A DNA stretch of 64,000 bases from Felis catus (taxonomy: Eukaryota), in NCBI RefSeq assembly GCF_018350175.1, contig NC_058368.1:181910001-181974000 (forward strand), in the 5' to 3' direction. Both the position numbers and the translations under genes were made by a program. Positions 11,513 to 25,160 of the stretch are shown piece by piece. Every line of letters begins with the position of its first letter. Within the stretch, counting starts at the first letter, position 1. The notes under the pieces are model-generated. The model saw only the letters and a program-made list of their open reading frames with translations. It did no database searches and was not told the DNA's origin.

Positions 11513-13499
11513 CTCCTTTAGAATACCAATTAAGTCCCTGGACGCTACTGGACACCATGTCACTGAGTCCCAGTTCTACCTCTTACTAACTATATATCTT
11601 ACTAACTACACTGCATACTAGCTAAGTCACTAACATTGGGACTTACTAGCTATGCCACTGACTAGCTAAGGGAGTTTGGCGGTAACCATAGCAATGATAA
11701 TAACAAACACAATTATAACAGTGACATTAATAATAGTTAATGTTTGTTAATTTTATTCTAGATACTATGTGCAGTATTTTAAAGATCTTAGCTCATTCAA
11801 TCACCGATGCCATGTAAAAAAAGGAATATCAATTGCTATCACAATTCTTTCTCACAGCATTATTGTGAAGATCAAAAGGAAATATTGATAGTAAAACACA
11901 TTGGGAGCTGTAAACACAAATTCAAAAGTAAATCTATTTTCTTCTCTTTATTCACCTGGATCTCACGCTGGGCCCTTTTATCTCCTTCTTTGCACTTACC
12001 CTGTCGTCTGTCTGTAATGCTTTTCCCTTCTTCTTCTGCAGGCTCTTCTTCACCCTTCATGATTCAGCTCAAAAAAGGATTTTAAGGGGAACAGATTTTC
12101 TCCTCTAAACATGTTTCGTTCTTAAGCCAAAATATAACTCCTTTTGGCTTCTTGGGTGAGGAAAGTGTTCACCCTTCTTTCCAACCCCATTTCTCACTTA
12201 TGTTCATGGGAGGCAGAGTGACAAGTTTTGCGGTAAGAGGAAAAGCGCTCTTGCACATTCGTTTTCCTCTTTGAGGCTGTCTCTGAAACTAGCCGTCTGG
12301 AGGCCCACACAGATTTGAGACATCGAGGGAGCTCTACCCTAGCTGAGGGAGCTGGCAGTGGCCTGGCTCCTCTGCCAAAGACCAGGGGAATAAGCAGATC
12401 ATCTGGGCTTGCCAGGGGGGCTGAGGGACTGCAAAGGAGCCCATGGCGGGCCTCTGTCGTAGTCACATCTCCAATCCCACTTTCCTGTAATGAAGCTGGC
12501 TACTTTATTGCTGTCACACTCTTATACTCATTTGTCAATTGCTTTGGAAGCCAAAGGGGAGGAGGCAGTGAATAATAGGCATGTCCTGAAAAAATGCACA
12601 CCAGCCTCCCTTACCTCTTCCAGCAATATTCTTAGAGAACAATAGGGCACTGATTTTCCTGTTTACCTGCTGTTTTGTGGTACAACTGAGCCAGAGATGG
12701 AACCAATTAGTGCCTGTATCTTTGTATCTAGCAGTGTTTGTTACACAGTACACAGTACTGTGTATTGAGTACTTTGTATTGAGCATGTAGCAGGCACTCA
12801 GTAAAGGGAAGAATGCAACAAACTCCCAGAGGTTCTCTGAGCATCTTCTTGGTTTGCCATTGCAGCACTAACATTTAAATCTTTGCCCCATTCCAGAGAA
12901 CATATAATACTTGATAGATCTGCACCAAAAACAGAGCAAGAAGATCACATTTCACTGGGGAGATTCAATGTGTTTTTTTTCCCTGTGTTCCTCTTCTACA
13001 AATGGCAAGTTATCAGTGTGAGATTTCAGAATGTCAAACAGTCATTGGCTTCTAAGCCATGCCAGAATATTCTAAAAAATGAAAACCAATTTCTTACCAG
13101 TGATATTTCACTTTATGATACCAAAAGATTTCTTAGTCAAAAAAAAAAAAAACAAAAAACAAAAAAACATATGGCAATGAAGAGTAATTCTTATCTCTCC
13201 AAGAATACCATTGCCTATTAAAACAATGAAGAGATAGACAAAAGAGGGCACACTTCAAAATTCTCCTGACTCTTTGTGTCGATTACATGCTCTGCCTTTC
13301 TGGTCTCTACCCTGTAAGACTAGATCTACATCCTTACATATGTTACTGAAAATATGGAAGTGGGTGCTGGTGTGCTCAGGGCTCAACACTAAGCATTTGT
13401 CCTTGAATGTGGAAACTTAAAACTGAGCCCTTAAGTCCTAAGGCAATCTGAGATTACAGTTTCCAAAATACACTTTGAGAGTGGAAATCTTAATTTTTA

Positions 13500-13700
13500 A
13501 CTACTGTTTATTGAATGTTACTACATGGTAGGTGTTTTATGCATAGCATCTCATTTAACCTTCATAACCACCCTATGAGGGCGATAATATTATTACCAGT
13601 TTACAGATAGAGAAATTTTGATAGAGGAGTTTTGATAACTGGCTCAAGTAAAAAGGTCCACAGAAGGACCAGGATTAAAACCTTTATCTTGTTGATCCCC
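13500..13700 (-). mobile_element. MIR
   Basis: 'atctcatttaaccttcataaccaccctatgagg...tattattaccagtttacagatagagaaa'. Confidence 0.75.
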
Positions 13701-16289
13701 AAGGTTAACCTTCCTCTCTCTGGCTAATTTCTTTAAGAATGATCTATCTCATGTGCAACTTTTCAAGAATTCATATTGGTAAATGCTTTGAACTAGTTAG
13801 TTGAGAAACTGAAATTCAACTCATAGTTCAAGTTGCACCAGTAATTTGTACTATGTATCCACAGAAGGGAGATCCCATAGGACAGCAGATAAATGTATAG
13901 ATTCTGTGAATTTACAGCCCTGGGTTTGAATGATGTAGAGCAAGTAACTTTCTTTCAAGAAACTGTAAATGACAACAGTATTTTATTTTTAGGGTTTTTG
14001 TGATTATCAATGGCAATGAAGTGTTTAGAAAAATGATTGGCCCTCAGAAAGTTGTCAGTATATGTTAGAAATTAAACTGTATGGTTTAAATGAAGAAATC
14101 CCATTGTAATTCTGATGGGTTTTTAGATGAACTCTCCTATGGATGCATTTTTTTAAACAATATCTGACCCGGTAAAATACATTATACTGAAAGTTATAAA
14201 AGAGAAACCAAGAGCTTTACGGAAATTTATATAGACTAAAAGTCCTTTTTAAGCATATCTATTTTCCTGAATGCTACATTGATACATAGAGAAATTATAA
14301 TGTCCAAGCTCATGACTTCCCAAATGGTGGCATTGGAATATTCGTATGAACTCTAGAAAGTGTAACTAGAATTGTAACTTGAAGACAGATCAGCTCCTAA
14401 CCTTGTTGATCAGCTGCTACTGAGGTTTGAAAGTGGCCATGGAGAAAGAGAAAAATATCTCTTAAGGTCTCAAAAAAAAAATCCTAACACATGGAGACTA
14501 GCACACTTGTTATTCCACCAGATTTCTCCACACCTGCATGCATATAACACATCATTTTAAAAATTCACTAACAACATTTGAAATTGGATTCATTTTAACT
14601 TGGAAAAAAAATACCAAGAAAACTGCTAGTTATCAGTAGCCAAAAAGGAAGACTCTTCCATACAAGGAACAATTTCTGGATTTCTGTAAAAGCTAATTTT
14701 GTCCTTCTTCTTCTTTTATTTATATTACAGATATTTTGCAAGTTCCATAAGATTCCATCCCACACAAGACAGTGAATCTATGTGTCACAGAAGACTGAAT
14801 TTCCTTGGTATTTCACAGTTACCGAAACACCTGTGCTAAATACTTTTCTGTGTATCAGCTGTGAAAACTCACTGTTTCAATAGCCCTCCAAATTTTTCAT
14901 TTATTCCCCATGGTGGGGGATTCTGGGTGTCTCATAATGGGTTATTGTTAAATGCTTGGAAGAATAGTGGTTCAAGGGCTTTATAATGGATTTTTTATTA
15001 AGCACTAGCAAATTTCACCTACACTCCTTATAGACACTCACTTCTACCTCTTCTGAGATGCCGCCTTATCTGGAAATTAATTAAGCAGAAACTAGATGGG
15101 CACAAATACCATAGCATTCTGAAGCTTAATTAGCAAATGCTTTTTAACTTCACAACAGGTCTTAGCCTTGTTGGCTACTTTGTTTCTTAAGAGAGGAGAA
15201 AGCCAAGCGGTATTATTCTTTGCTTCCTTTCAGAGAGGAAACAAGCATGAAAATTTAAAAATAGATCAAGGGACGCTCAGAGGGCAGCTCCCTAGCAACC
15301 CGGCTGCTTTGCTGGTATGCTAACGCAAGTGGCCTGCATTCTGCTAGTCGTGTCAGCAAGCCACTCCCACTGGTAGCAAAACCAGGGAAGGAAGGGGTGG
15401 GGTACAGGCAGGGAGGGGACACACTCAGGTACTAGAAAAGAACACACATATTTTACCCAGTCGCCTGCAGTCTGATGAATGGGGAGGCCAGTGACTGTGC
15501 TCAGCAAGTTTCTCAACTGCGCTCCCTAGAAGAGCTTCCCACCCACCTATTCCCTGGGGGTCAAGCATAGAGGCTGGAGGTGGGAGAGCTGTTGGTCATC
15601 AAAGACCCATGAGAAGAGAAATAATTTCTGAAATGTTTGCTGTTGGACAAACATCACAGTTCTGCCTTTTTTTATTAGATCCCAAAGAAAAAAAATGAAA
15701 AGATGGAATGTTTATTGATAGTCTTTGTGCCTGGTGCCGTGGAGCTTGTTTTTAAGGCTCGATGTGGAGGGGGAAAAATCCTGCATGTCATATAGCTGCA
15801 GAGTACAGGCGCCCTGGTGCACACTGTGAAAATATCATAGAAAAATATGACATCAAATTGTCTGCCTACAATGATACCATCTCTTATTAAAATAAAAAGA
15901 AGAAAGGTAGAGAGACTAACAATGTATTTCCTTTTCTCGCTTAGACTTCACACAAGGAGTTACCTGGATGTTCAAGATGTTAAAACATGTCCGCGTGTCA
16001 AAAGTGGAATAATTAAGCATTCAATGCCAGCCCATTAACCAGATGTGTTCCTTCTCCCGACCTTTTTTTATTTATTTATTTTGGCTTGCTTATTCAAGAA
16101 GTCTTTTGAAGGAAAATGTCAAATAAATTACTCATACTCAACATATTTTTCCTTCCTCTGTCCCTCAGTCTGCCCTCTCCCCTTCCCCCACACTTCCTTT
16201 CTTCCTTGGTTCCAAGACAGCAGCCTCAAATGGTTAGCCATTCACTACTTTTCACACAAATATTTTTCCTTGACTTTTTTTTAAATAAT

Positions 16290-16775
16290 GAAAAATATGG
16301 CAATAAAAAGTAAAATAAAGAATATAATGAATATTCATGTTTCCAATAAGTCAGTTTAAAGAATAAAATCTTACAAATGCTACTGAATTGCACGCTTTTA
16401 TTTCTCAACTGCATTTCATTTTCATGCAATTAAAGGTAACCCTTCTCCAGAACTTGGTACATATGATCCCCAAGTATCTCTTTACATTTTCATTCTACAT
16501 GTATCTGTAAACAATATTGTTTTTCATGTTTTCAAACTTATGTGTTGCTATACTGTACAACTCCCTTATTTTATTCTGCAACTTGCTTTTTTTTTTAACT
16601 CAAAATTGTGTTTTTGAGATTTATCCATGTTAGCACATTTGTTTTCAGTTCATATACTGTCTGCTTGAATAAATATAACACAATTTAATTATATACTCAT
16701 TTTAAATATCTAAGTCCTAGTTTCCGTTTTTGGTACAATCATAAACAATGCTGGTGTTATCATTCTTGTTCAGGT
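16290..16775 (-). mobile_element. Old L1 (L1ME-like) 3' fragment
   Basis: 'tctgcaacttgcttttttt...tttttgagatttatccatgtt', 'aaacaatgctggtgttatcattcttgt'. Confidence 0.65.
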
Positions 16776-17129
16776 ATAAATTCTTATCTGCTTGGAACAA
16801 ATATGTCCAATATAGATGTTGTCGCCTCCCTACACCTTCTATGACAACCTATTGTGTCATTTTTTTTTTAAGTTTAAATGTATCACACTCTTCTTAGGTA
16901 CTACTACTGTGCTCTATGTTGATATAATATACTTCCCATTGTAATCGTCTGAAGTAGACTCCATCATAAGAAAGAAGAAACTGGAGTTGTGAGAACTCAA
17001 TGAACTGCCAACTATAGAAAACACAGATCTAAGTGCGAAATCTATGTTCTAAACCACCATTTTCTACTGCTGCCCATAGACAGAAAATTCATTCCACTGG
17101 CCTTCCAATGTTTTACGCTGAGCACTCTT

Positions 17130-17330
17130 GTGTCAAGGTGTCTCAGTGGGTTTAGAGGCCGACTCAATTTTGGCTCAGGTCATGACCTCAGAGGTGTGAA
17201 AAGTCATGAGATCAAGCCTGGAGCTCCAGAGGGGCATAGAGCTTACTTAAGACTATTTCTCTCCCTCCCCCTCTGCCTCTCCCCTGCATGCTCTCTTTCT
17301 AAACACACAAACAAACAAACAAAAAACCCA
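17130..17330 (+). mobile_element. Older CanSINE
   Basis: 'ttttggctcaggtcatgacctc', CT tract, (CAAA)n tail; exact TSD gagcactctt (17120-17129 / 17331-17340). Confidence 0.85.
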
Positions 17331-17771
17331 GAGCACTCTTCCAGGTGGAAATCCATTGAGTATGAGTCTAATAACTTCGTAAATGTACATGATATGCATT
17401 TAACACTGAACCAATTAAATTATATAATAAAAGTTATGGGAAATAGAGATTTAAAAGAATGAGGTAAGTATAAAACATTATATTATTTAATTGATTATGG
17501 CAATTAAAATTAGTTAAAATTGTAATTATTTATTAATGGTCCAAAACATCACGATCTTTCTAACATATATTAATAACTTTTACTAATGCCATTTATACTG
17601 CAGATAGTAGCATTATTTTGACAGTCATCCTACTGCTTTTGTGGTTGTTTAGTAGAAGTTTAAGAATGAAGGAATGGTTGTATTTGGATATTAGGAAAAT
17701 AAAAACATATTGTGGATTAATTCTGTATCTATTCTTTATGGTGTACGTTCCTATATTTCAGGGTCTAGAAT

Positions 17772-17807
17772 ATCATCGTCATCATCATCATCATTATCAT
17801 TATCATC
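17772..17807. repeat. Imperfect (CAT)n microsatellite
   Basis: Read directly from the sequence. Confidence 0.8.
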
Positions 17808-20000
17808 TTTAATATATTTTAATGAAGGCAATGTGACTTAATATTCTCTTTGTGTTACGGTGACTCACAGGTCTGGTTCCTAGTTTTTTGTTGTTGTTTT
17901 TTTAAAGTCATGTGTTTTCAATCATTGTCATTGGTAAAAAGGAAACTGCACAAATCATGGACTATGCTTACTAAATCATGATGTCCATTTTCAACCCCAC
18001 CCACCAATGATGGAAGAGTATTTTTGCTTAAATGTAGCTCATAAATTTTAATATTCTTTAATATCATTCTGTTATTCTTACAAACTATTCATAAAGTGTT
18101 ACCAACATTTTATTTGTAAAAGATTAGTTCAAAACCCAAATTAAAGTATTATTTTGAAGATCGTTAAGCAGATTTGAAGATATCATATCCAAATTTTTTA
18201 GTGCTCTGACGTGAGTTTTTTTTTTAATGTGACATTGTTTTGAAAAGCAGCTAAACGGACTTTCAGTGTAGACATTTAAAAATACCGTATTTCAAAATGC
18301 ATTCCCAGAGCAAGAGTTTTTAAAAATATGTACTTCTTTCATACCTATTGTGAAAATATCACCAAAGAGACTCTTCGAGTGTGCCTTTTAAAAATATATG
18401 TCTACTAGGTAACACACTAACAGAGAACTCATCTTTCAATTCAATAACACTTTTAAGAACTTTGCTAAAAGAGAATCTGAGAATCTCTCTGAGGAACAAA
18501 AGTCCTTATAATCAATCTCCATTTCATTACATAGTGACTCTTACATTACATAGAAGACTCTTCTATATTTTAATAGTCTTGCTTTTATAAAATTAGCCAC
18601 ATTGTTGATAATCTATATTCATATGTGCGTTTGTAGTTTATCCCTGGATGAGCTGGTGAATAAACTTTTGTCTGGTGACTTTTCTATAACCTTAATCCTG
18701 AATAGTTTTTTATTTTAGTCAATGAAGCTTTGTCATCAGAAATTCCACCTACTGATATAATCCCACACTTTTCCATAAAACATAGTTTGTATTAGAAGAG
18801 CTGTGCAATAGTGAAAAATAACTCCTTGGGAACATCTTTCTTCAATGGCTAAAAAAAAATGTAATTTTTGTAAAAGAGTGTTGAATAAATATTAGCAAAT
18901 ACCATAAATTGGGGCAAATTATAGTATCTTTACATTCATTACACTGTATAAATCAGTTCCACAGTTCATAATTCAAAATGATGGTTATTTCTTCTAATAT
19001 TTATTGATATTTTAAAGTATGTATTGACAAGTATATTTTAGTTTCTACTCCATATTATTTTTTTATATTATTTCAGTTATTGTTTGCAGTAGCAGGAAGA
19101 ACAGGTTTGTGGCTTTTTTTTTAATTTCTTGCTTTTAAGAAACTTCAAAATGGGCTTTTCGACATTAATCATTAAGTACAATAAAATTTTATAAGGTGCT
19201 AGAATGAGCATTGTATATCTTTTAATATCCCTGAAATAACTCTAGGGTTTGCCTTCAAGCAACTCTAAAGTTTGCCTTCATGTTCCAGATGGTTAATTTC
19301 TAAATGTCTCACTAATTGTGATGGCCTCACTCTACTAACATTAGCGCATGTCTCAAGGCACAACACACACAGTGCAAAGTTGATCCTTGGCGATAGTAAA
19401 TATATATCTATATCAGATATTCTTCTTGATAAATTAAATTTGTGGACCCTAACTTTTCACTTAGTCAAATGTTACTAGATAATCATTATTTGTTTGCTTG
19501 TATTATACCTGGTATTGTGGCTTCTGAAGATCTCATTCTAGTACGAGAAGTGTCCTTTCAATTTCAACTGCTCATTTCTGCTTCTACTATTAGTATTTTA
19601 TCATCTTCAATCTACAGTTTCTTCACAAGAATCCATTTACGCGATTTGCCCTTTTTAGTTTAGTTAAAACTTGTCGATATACACTGCAAATCCATTTAGC
19701 AGAGCATATGTAAATTGCAATATGTCTCAATGTGTTAAATGAAGAAGACAAAGGAGTGAGTGGGCCTCTTCAACACCCCTATCACATGGATTTCCCACTC
19801 TTCCCCAAGGATGCTTCAGATTAACTTGTATACAAAATGTTATTAAAGCTAATTCCATTCTCTATATTTATTAAATAGTAAACACAAGTATAATTTCTAA
19901 TATGTGTATCCTATGCCTTGGGGTATATGCAGCTGCCTTTATCCTAATCTAATATTCGCATCCTATGCCTAATTTAAGAGTCTCAAACCCAGGTTGAAAT

Positions 20001-20340
20001 TTATTCACGCGTTCAACAAGTGTTTGTTCAATGCTCATCACATGCCAGGCATAGTGACAATTGTTAGGAACACTCCCAAAAGTAAAAGAGGGAAGGATCC
20101 ATTTTCATGGAATTTGCCATCTAGTGGAAGAAAAGACAACTAAGTTAAAGCAAAAAAAGAATTATATATATTATATATATTATATAATAAATATAATTAG
20201 TGACCTGATGGACACGAACATGAGTCAGAGTATAGATAAAGTTTAGGTAATATGATCAAGGAAGATTTCTTTGAAGAGACTTGCAAGATGAGAGGAAGAT
20301 GGCATTGTGAAGAGCTGGAAAACAGGACTCCAAGCAACAG
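20001..20340 (-). mobile_element. L2 3' fragment
   Basis: 'ttcaacaagtgtttgttcaatgctcatcacatgccaggcat' is the L2 3' end signature. Confidence 0.65.
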
Positions 20341-20584
20341 AGAATACAGTTAGATCAGAGTGGGAAAGAGTCAATACCAATCTCTCTAAAGATACATTTT
20401 AGGTGTAGTGAGGTGTTAGGACAATGGAACTTCTGGAATCCAGTGAGGGTAGCCCTATGGGCAGTGGAGACGCTCTTTCTTGTAGCCCCATGGTAACCAG
20501 AAAGGAAGGTAAAACCTGGAAGGCATGTAATTGCTACAAAAACTGCTTCAGGAGCCCTAGAAGAAAAGCCTGGGAACTTCTTCA

Positions 20585-20606
20585 TTTTTTTTAATATTTA
20601 TTTATT

Positions 20607-20653
<47 letters not shown>

Positions 20654-20783
20654 ACAAGTGGGGAAGGGCAGAAAGAGAGGGAAAGACAGAATCTAGTGGG
20701 ACTAGAACTCATGAACTGTGAGATCATGACCTGACCTGAAATCAAGAGTGGGACACTTAATCAACCGAGTCACCCAGCACCCC
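20585..20783 (-). mobile_element. CanSINE with internal deletion
   Basis: (GA)n, 'gagatcatgacctgacctgaaatcaagag'; TSD gcctgggaactt (20568-20579 / 20786-20797). Confidence 0.92.
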
Positions 20784-20934
20784 ATGCCTGGGAACTTGTA
20801 AAACACTTGGTGTTTGGTGGGGGATAAGGGAGGTCTAATGAGACAGCAAAAGTGGGTGAGGATTAATAGAAAAAAATAAAAAGTAAAGTAAAAGGTTATG
20901 AGCAACAGCTGCTTCCTATTTATTTACAGCAGAC

Positions 20935-21185
20935 TGGATAAGACACTGGCTTTGATGTTAGAAAAATCTAGGTTTAAATGCCAGCTCTGCCATTTGCCAC
21001 CTGAATTATCCTGAGATAATTTATTTCACCTTTCCAAGTGTCAGTTTAATATATCTATAAAATATGAACAAAACCAGTATCTGCCCACGTAGGCTGCATG
21101 GTAAATATCTGATTAGTTAATACATGTACCGTGTTTAACACAGTTTCAGGCACATAAAAGTACCTGATGAATTTTAGCTATTAGT
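20935..21185 (+). mobile_element. MIR, near full length
   Basis: 'ctaggtttaaatgccagctctgccattt...atttcacctttccaagtgtcagttt...aacacagtttcaggcacat'. Confidence 0.75.
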
Positions 21186-22517
21186 ATCATTAAGTCACAG
21201 GTAGCATAAAATACTTACTGTCTCTTGGAAACCTAAGAGAGAGCAAACCTCTAAGTGAAGGGATGGGTTCTTTCAATGTTAGCAATCTTATTCTGCAAGT
21301 AAGAAGACATTGTTTTATAGACTGAGTCATCCCTTTTGGAAGTAGAATACTGTCATCACAGAACAAAAAGCACCAAGTCACTGAGAAAGAAAGAACACCC
21401 ACAGATACCATTTACAGTTTGCTGAAAGAAGTGCTGCCCTCATTTACTAAAACACTAATAAGTGGTTTTTAAATTACTCTTTCATATGGTGATACTGTAT
21501 ATCATTCACCTTTTCCAGCTCTGTGAATGACAGTACTCCAAACAATGTGTTTCAAAGACAGTAAAGAGGCATAGGATGGACATAAGGTTATAAATGAGCA
21601 TTTACACATACGGTTTAATTTTAAAGCAATGGGGTCACCCTTAACTCAGAATTTTTCTCTCTTGCCAGCTACCATGACTGAAATTCTACCATTGGATTTC
21701 ATTCTGTCCTTCTATCCTTTGTTTAACAATTTACCATCATAAAAGGTACAACAGAATTTTTAGCCAAAACTTTACCAAATAGCCCATCACCTTGTCTTAG
21801 GAAAAGATGATGTGACCCTTAAATAAATGGGAAAGAAGAGTTGGGTGGGGGTGTTGCAGAAAAGGCAAACAATACTACAAGGGACCATATTTCCAATTGC
21901 ATCTACACAGGAAAAAATAAGACAGCTGCCAGTAATGCCTTGTATCTTGGATACCCAATGCCCTTTGCTTCAGTTTTTTTTCTTAAGAAGAAATCTTAGC
22001 TAAAACATCTATTAAAATGGACCATGATCCCCAGAGGTCCAAAGGCACTCTGCGTTCTCTGACACAAAGCAATTTAAAATTTTATTAGACATGCATTTAT
22101 ATAGAATCCAGATAACATGAAGCAGTTTTACATAATGATTTTTGGGGGAGACACATATAGATCCTCCCTTCCCTCTTTTTATCAAGGTGGATATTACATT
22201 ATAGTTTTGTTTAAAAGTAATATTATTCAGTTCACAAAAAATGATGAGCCAGAAGTACTAAAATTACTTATTGCAGCAGCTTTGAAGTTTCACTTAAGAC
22301 AATCTGTGGGCTCGAAGAAGGGATAATCTTTTGTGATTGCTACTTACTCCAAGGACGACATTCAAAAAACCAAACAAAACCAAACCAAAGTAGTTTTTAA
22401 ATTCACTGATTTATACTTGCAGTCTTTTCTTTTAGTATCAATACCAAAGCTGAATTAGGGGCACTAACATTATAAATTCCAAGGACTTTGTTAAGTATTT
22501 TAAAAACTTTATGTGAA

Positions 22518-22692
22518 GGGATGACTGAGTGGCTTAGTTGATTAAGTATCAACTCTTGATTTGGGCTCATGATCTCAGGGTTCATGAGTCTGAGCACCAG
22601 GGAGAGGCCTGCACAGAGTCCCACGTCACCAGCATGGAGCCTGCTTGGGATTCTGTCTCCCTCTTTTTGCCCCTCCTTTGCTTGCATGCTCA

Positions 22693-22752
<60 letters not shown>

Positions 22753-22792
22753 TAAACAAGCAAGAAAACAAACAAACAAATAAATAAATAAA
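22518..22792 (+). mobile_element. CanSINE with long (CT)n
   Basis: Head, 'ggagcctgcttgggattc', about 50 bp (CT)n, A-rich tail. Confidence 0.9.
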
Positions 22793-22869
22793 AGCTTTAC
22801 ATGAGACTGGCCACATTATTACTTATACTTTAACACTAAGCAAACTGGTTTTAGGGCCAAATTAAATGG

Positions 22870-24755
22870 AGTAAGTCTGCTCCACCTTCACATGGTAAAC
22901 AGCTGTAAAACCTGAACAGAATGAATGAAGCAACTATTTGAGGACTCTGAAAAATAAAGAGTAGCAAGCTGATTTGGGAAAGCCAAGAATTCACAGTACC
23001 ATTGAATTGGCAATGAGCTTACCAATGTTTTTCTTGTTTCCCTCCATTTAATCTCAAAGTAACCTGACACCCAAAAGGGGCCACTGAGGTACAGACAGAG
23101 AGGGCTCCCTCTGATTCTGCCTGGAAGAGAGGAAAGAACTTTCAACACTTAGAGACAGGGCAGAAATCCCTATTTTTCTTTTGTTCATTATTTTCTCCAT
23201 TTTCTCACATTCCAGCCCCTAAGGAATTCTGTGATATAGCAGCCATGGCAGAATGGGAGCCCTCAGGAGCCAAAAATCTGAGGGAAGAATACCTTCCTCT
23301 CTATTTGGTGGAGCTATGGTTCTCTGAGTATGGGGAGAACATTGGTATTTTTTTGTTGTTGTTCTGTTTTGTTTTGTTTGGTCTCTCTGTGCTCATGCAG
23401 CATGCCCTGGGATGCAGACATAATCACATTAGTAGACAGCAGAGTTGGGGGTTGGGTACTAAAGCTCTAACACTTTGAATAGAAAACTACAGAGTTACTT
23501 CAAGAAGAGGGGAAATAGTAAGGAGACTTTACAGAAGAAGTTAGAGACAATAACACTATAAACTTCTTTATAAAAAGACTCAGGTATGCATGCATCTGAT
23601 TCTCATCAGTATATTAAGCAATTTGAGAGCTGAACTAACAGACCACTACCCAGCACCCAAAATGGCCACTGCGTGGCACACAGGTAGAACAGATCTGAAC
23701 AGCCCTACAGACAATATGAATGCTGAAGGGACATTGAGGCCTCAGCCCAAAGAAGGCACATAGTAACTTGTAGCTTGAATTTAAATACACACACCAAAAA
23801 TGTGAACATTCTCCTTAGGATTTAATAAGACTCAAAATCTCATAATTTTGAAAATGTCCAGGACTTAGCCCCAAATTATCAGATATACCAAGAGCAAGGA
23901 AAAGATAATTTGTCTTTACGTGAGAAAAGACAATTAACAGACATTAGTGCCCAGATGACAGAAATTGGAATTATTTGATGAGGAATTTAAAGCATTAAAA
24001 TGCTTCAACAAATTGTTGCAAATAGACTTGAAGCAAATGGAAAAGAGAAAGTCTCCTCAAAGAAAATAATGATAAAGAATTAATTGGATTAATGAACTGA
24101 AAAAATACAATAAATGAAATTTAAAACTCACCGGATGGGCTCAGTAGCAGATAGGAGAAGACAGAGGAAACATTGAGTCTGCAGATAGAACAATAGAAAT
24201 GATTCAATTTGGAAAAAAAAAAAGATAAAATAAATTTTAAAAAATGAACAGAGTCTCGGGGACTTATGAGACAATAACAGAATATCTACAGTTGTTTCAA
24301 AGAGAGGGGAAAGAGTACGGTACTAAAAAGATTTTGAATAATGGCAGAAAACTTCTCAAGTTTGGTGAAAGACATAAACATACAGCTCAAGAAAACTCAG
24401 CAAATCCCCAAAAGGAAAAAAAAAAAAAAAACACAAAGAAACCCATGCTTCAAAACATAATTAAATGCTAAAATCAAAAGGCAAAGAAAAAAAAAAAACT
24501 TGAAAAACAGTATGTACCTATAGGAGAATAATGACAGGAATGACTGAGGATTTCCTTTCAGAAACCAATGGAGCCAAAAGGAAGTGTCACCATATGTTTA
24601 AAGTGTTGGAAGAAAAATACAGTCAACCTAGAATTTTATACTAGTGAAAATGTCCTTCAGGAGTGAAGGAAAACAAAACAAACCAAAATTAAAAAAAAAA
24701 AATTACTACCCAAAGAAAAATTAAAAGAAGTCATTGCCAGTAAATCTGCCCTGAA
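22870..24755 (+). mobile_element. Old L1 5' portion: 5' UTR plus degenerate ORF1
   Basis: ORF1p remnants KNSPDGLSSR (~24122) and DFLSET...MFKVLEEKYSQPRILY (~24549-24640), with frameshifts and stops. Confidence 0.85.
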
Positions 24756-24944
24756 GTTAGCCCGATGTACTAGAAAGACAAAACGACTTGTTTTTGATGA
24801 CTGGATGATTCTCTTTCCTTCTTCCTCAGTTATTTTTCACCTGGTCTATAAAAATAATTTATAAATTTCTTCGGAGCCCAGAGACAGGTTATGATACAGT
24901 ATGATATGGTAAAAAGCCTGATATTATAAAAGACAGAAATGTGT

Positions 24945-25160
24945 GGGGTGCCTGGATGGCTCAGTCGGTTAAGTGTCAGACTTTGGCTCAGGTCTATCTC
25001 ACAGTTGGGGGTTCAAGCCCTATGTTGGGCTCTGTACTAACAGCTCAGAGCCTGGAGCCTGCTTCAGATTCTGTGTCTCCCTCTCTCTTTGCCCCTCCCC
25101 CACTCGTGCTGTTTCTCCTCTCAGTCTCTCAAAAATAAATAAACATTAAAAAAAAAAAAA
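24945..25160 (+). mobile_element. CanSINE (SINEC_Fc2-like)
   Basis: Canonical head, 'acagctcagagcctggagcctgcttcagattc', A tail, TSD ag(a/c)aatgtgt. Confidence 0.95.

Noticed and set aside
11575..11670. Repeated (c)tta/act-agcta units as a novel satellite
   Set aside because: Short slippage duplications inside a degenerate MIR-like region.
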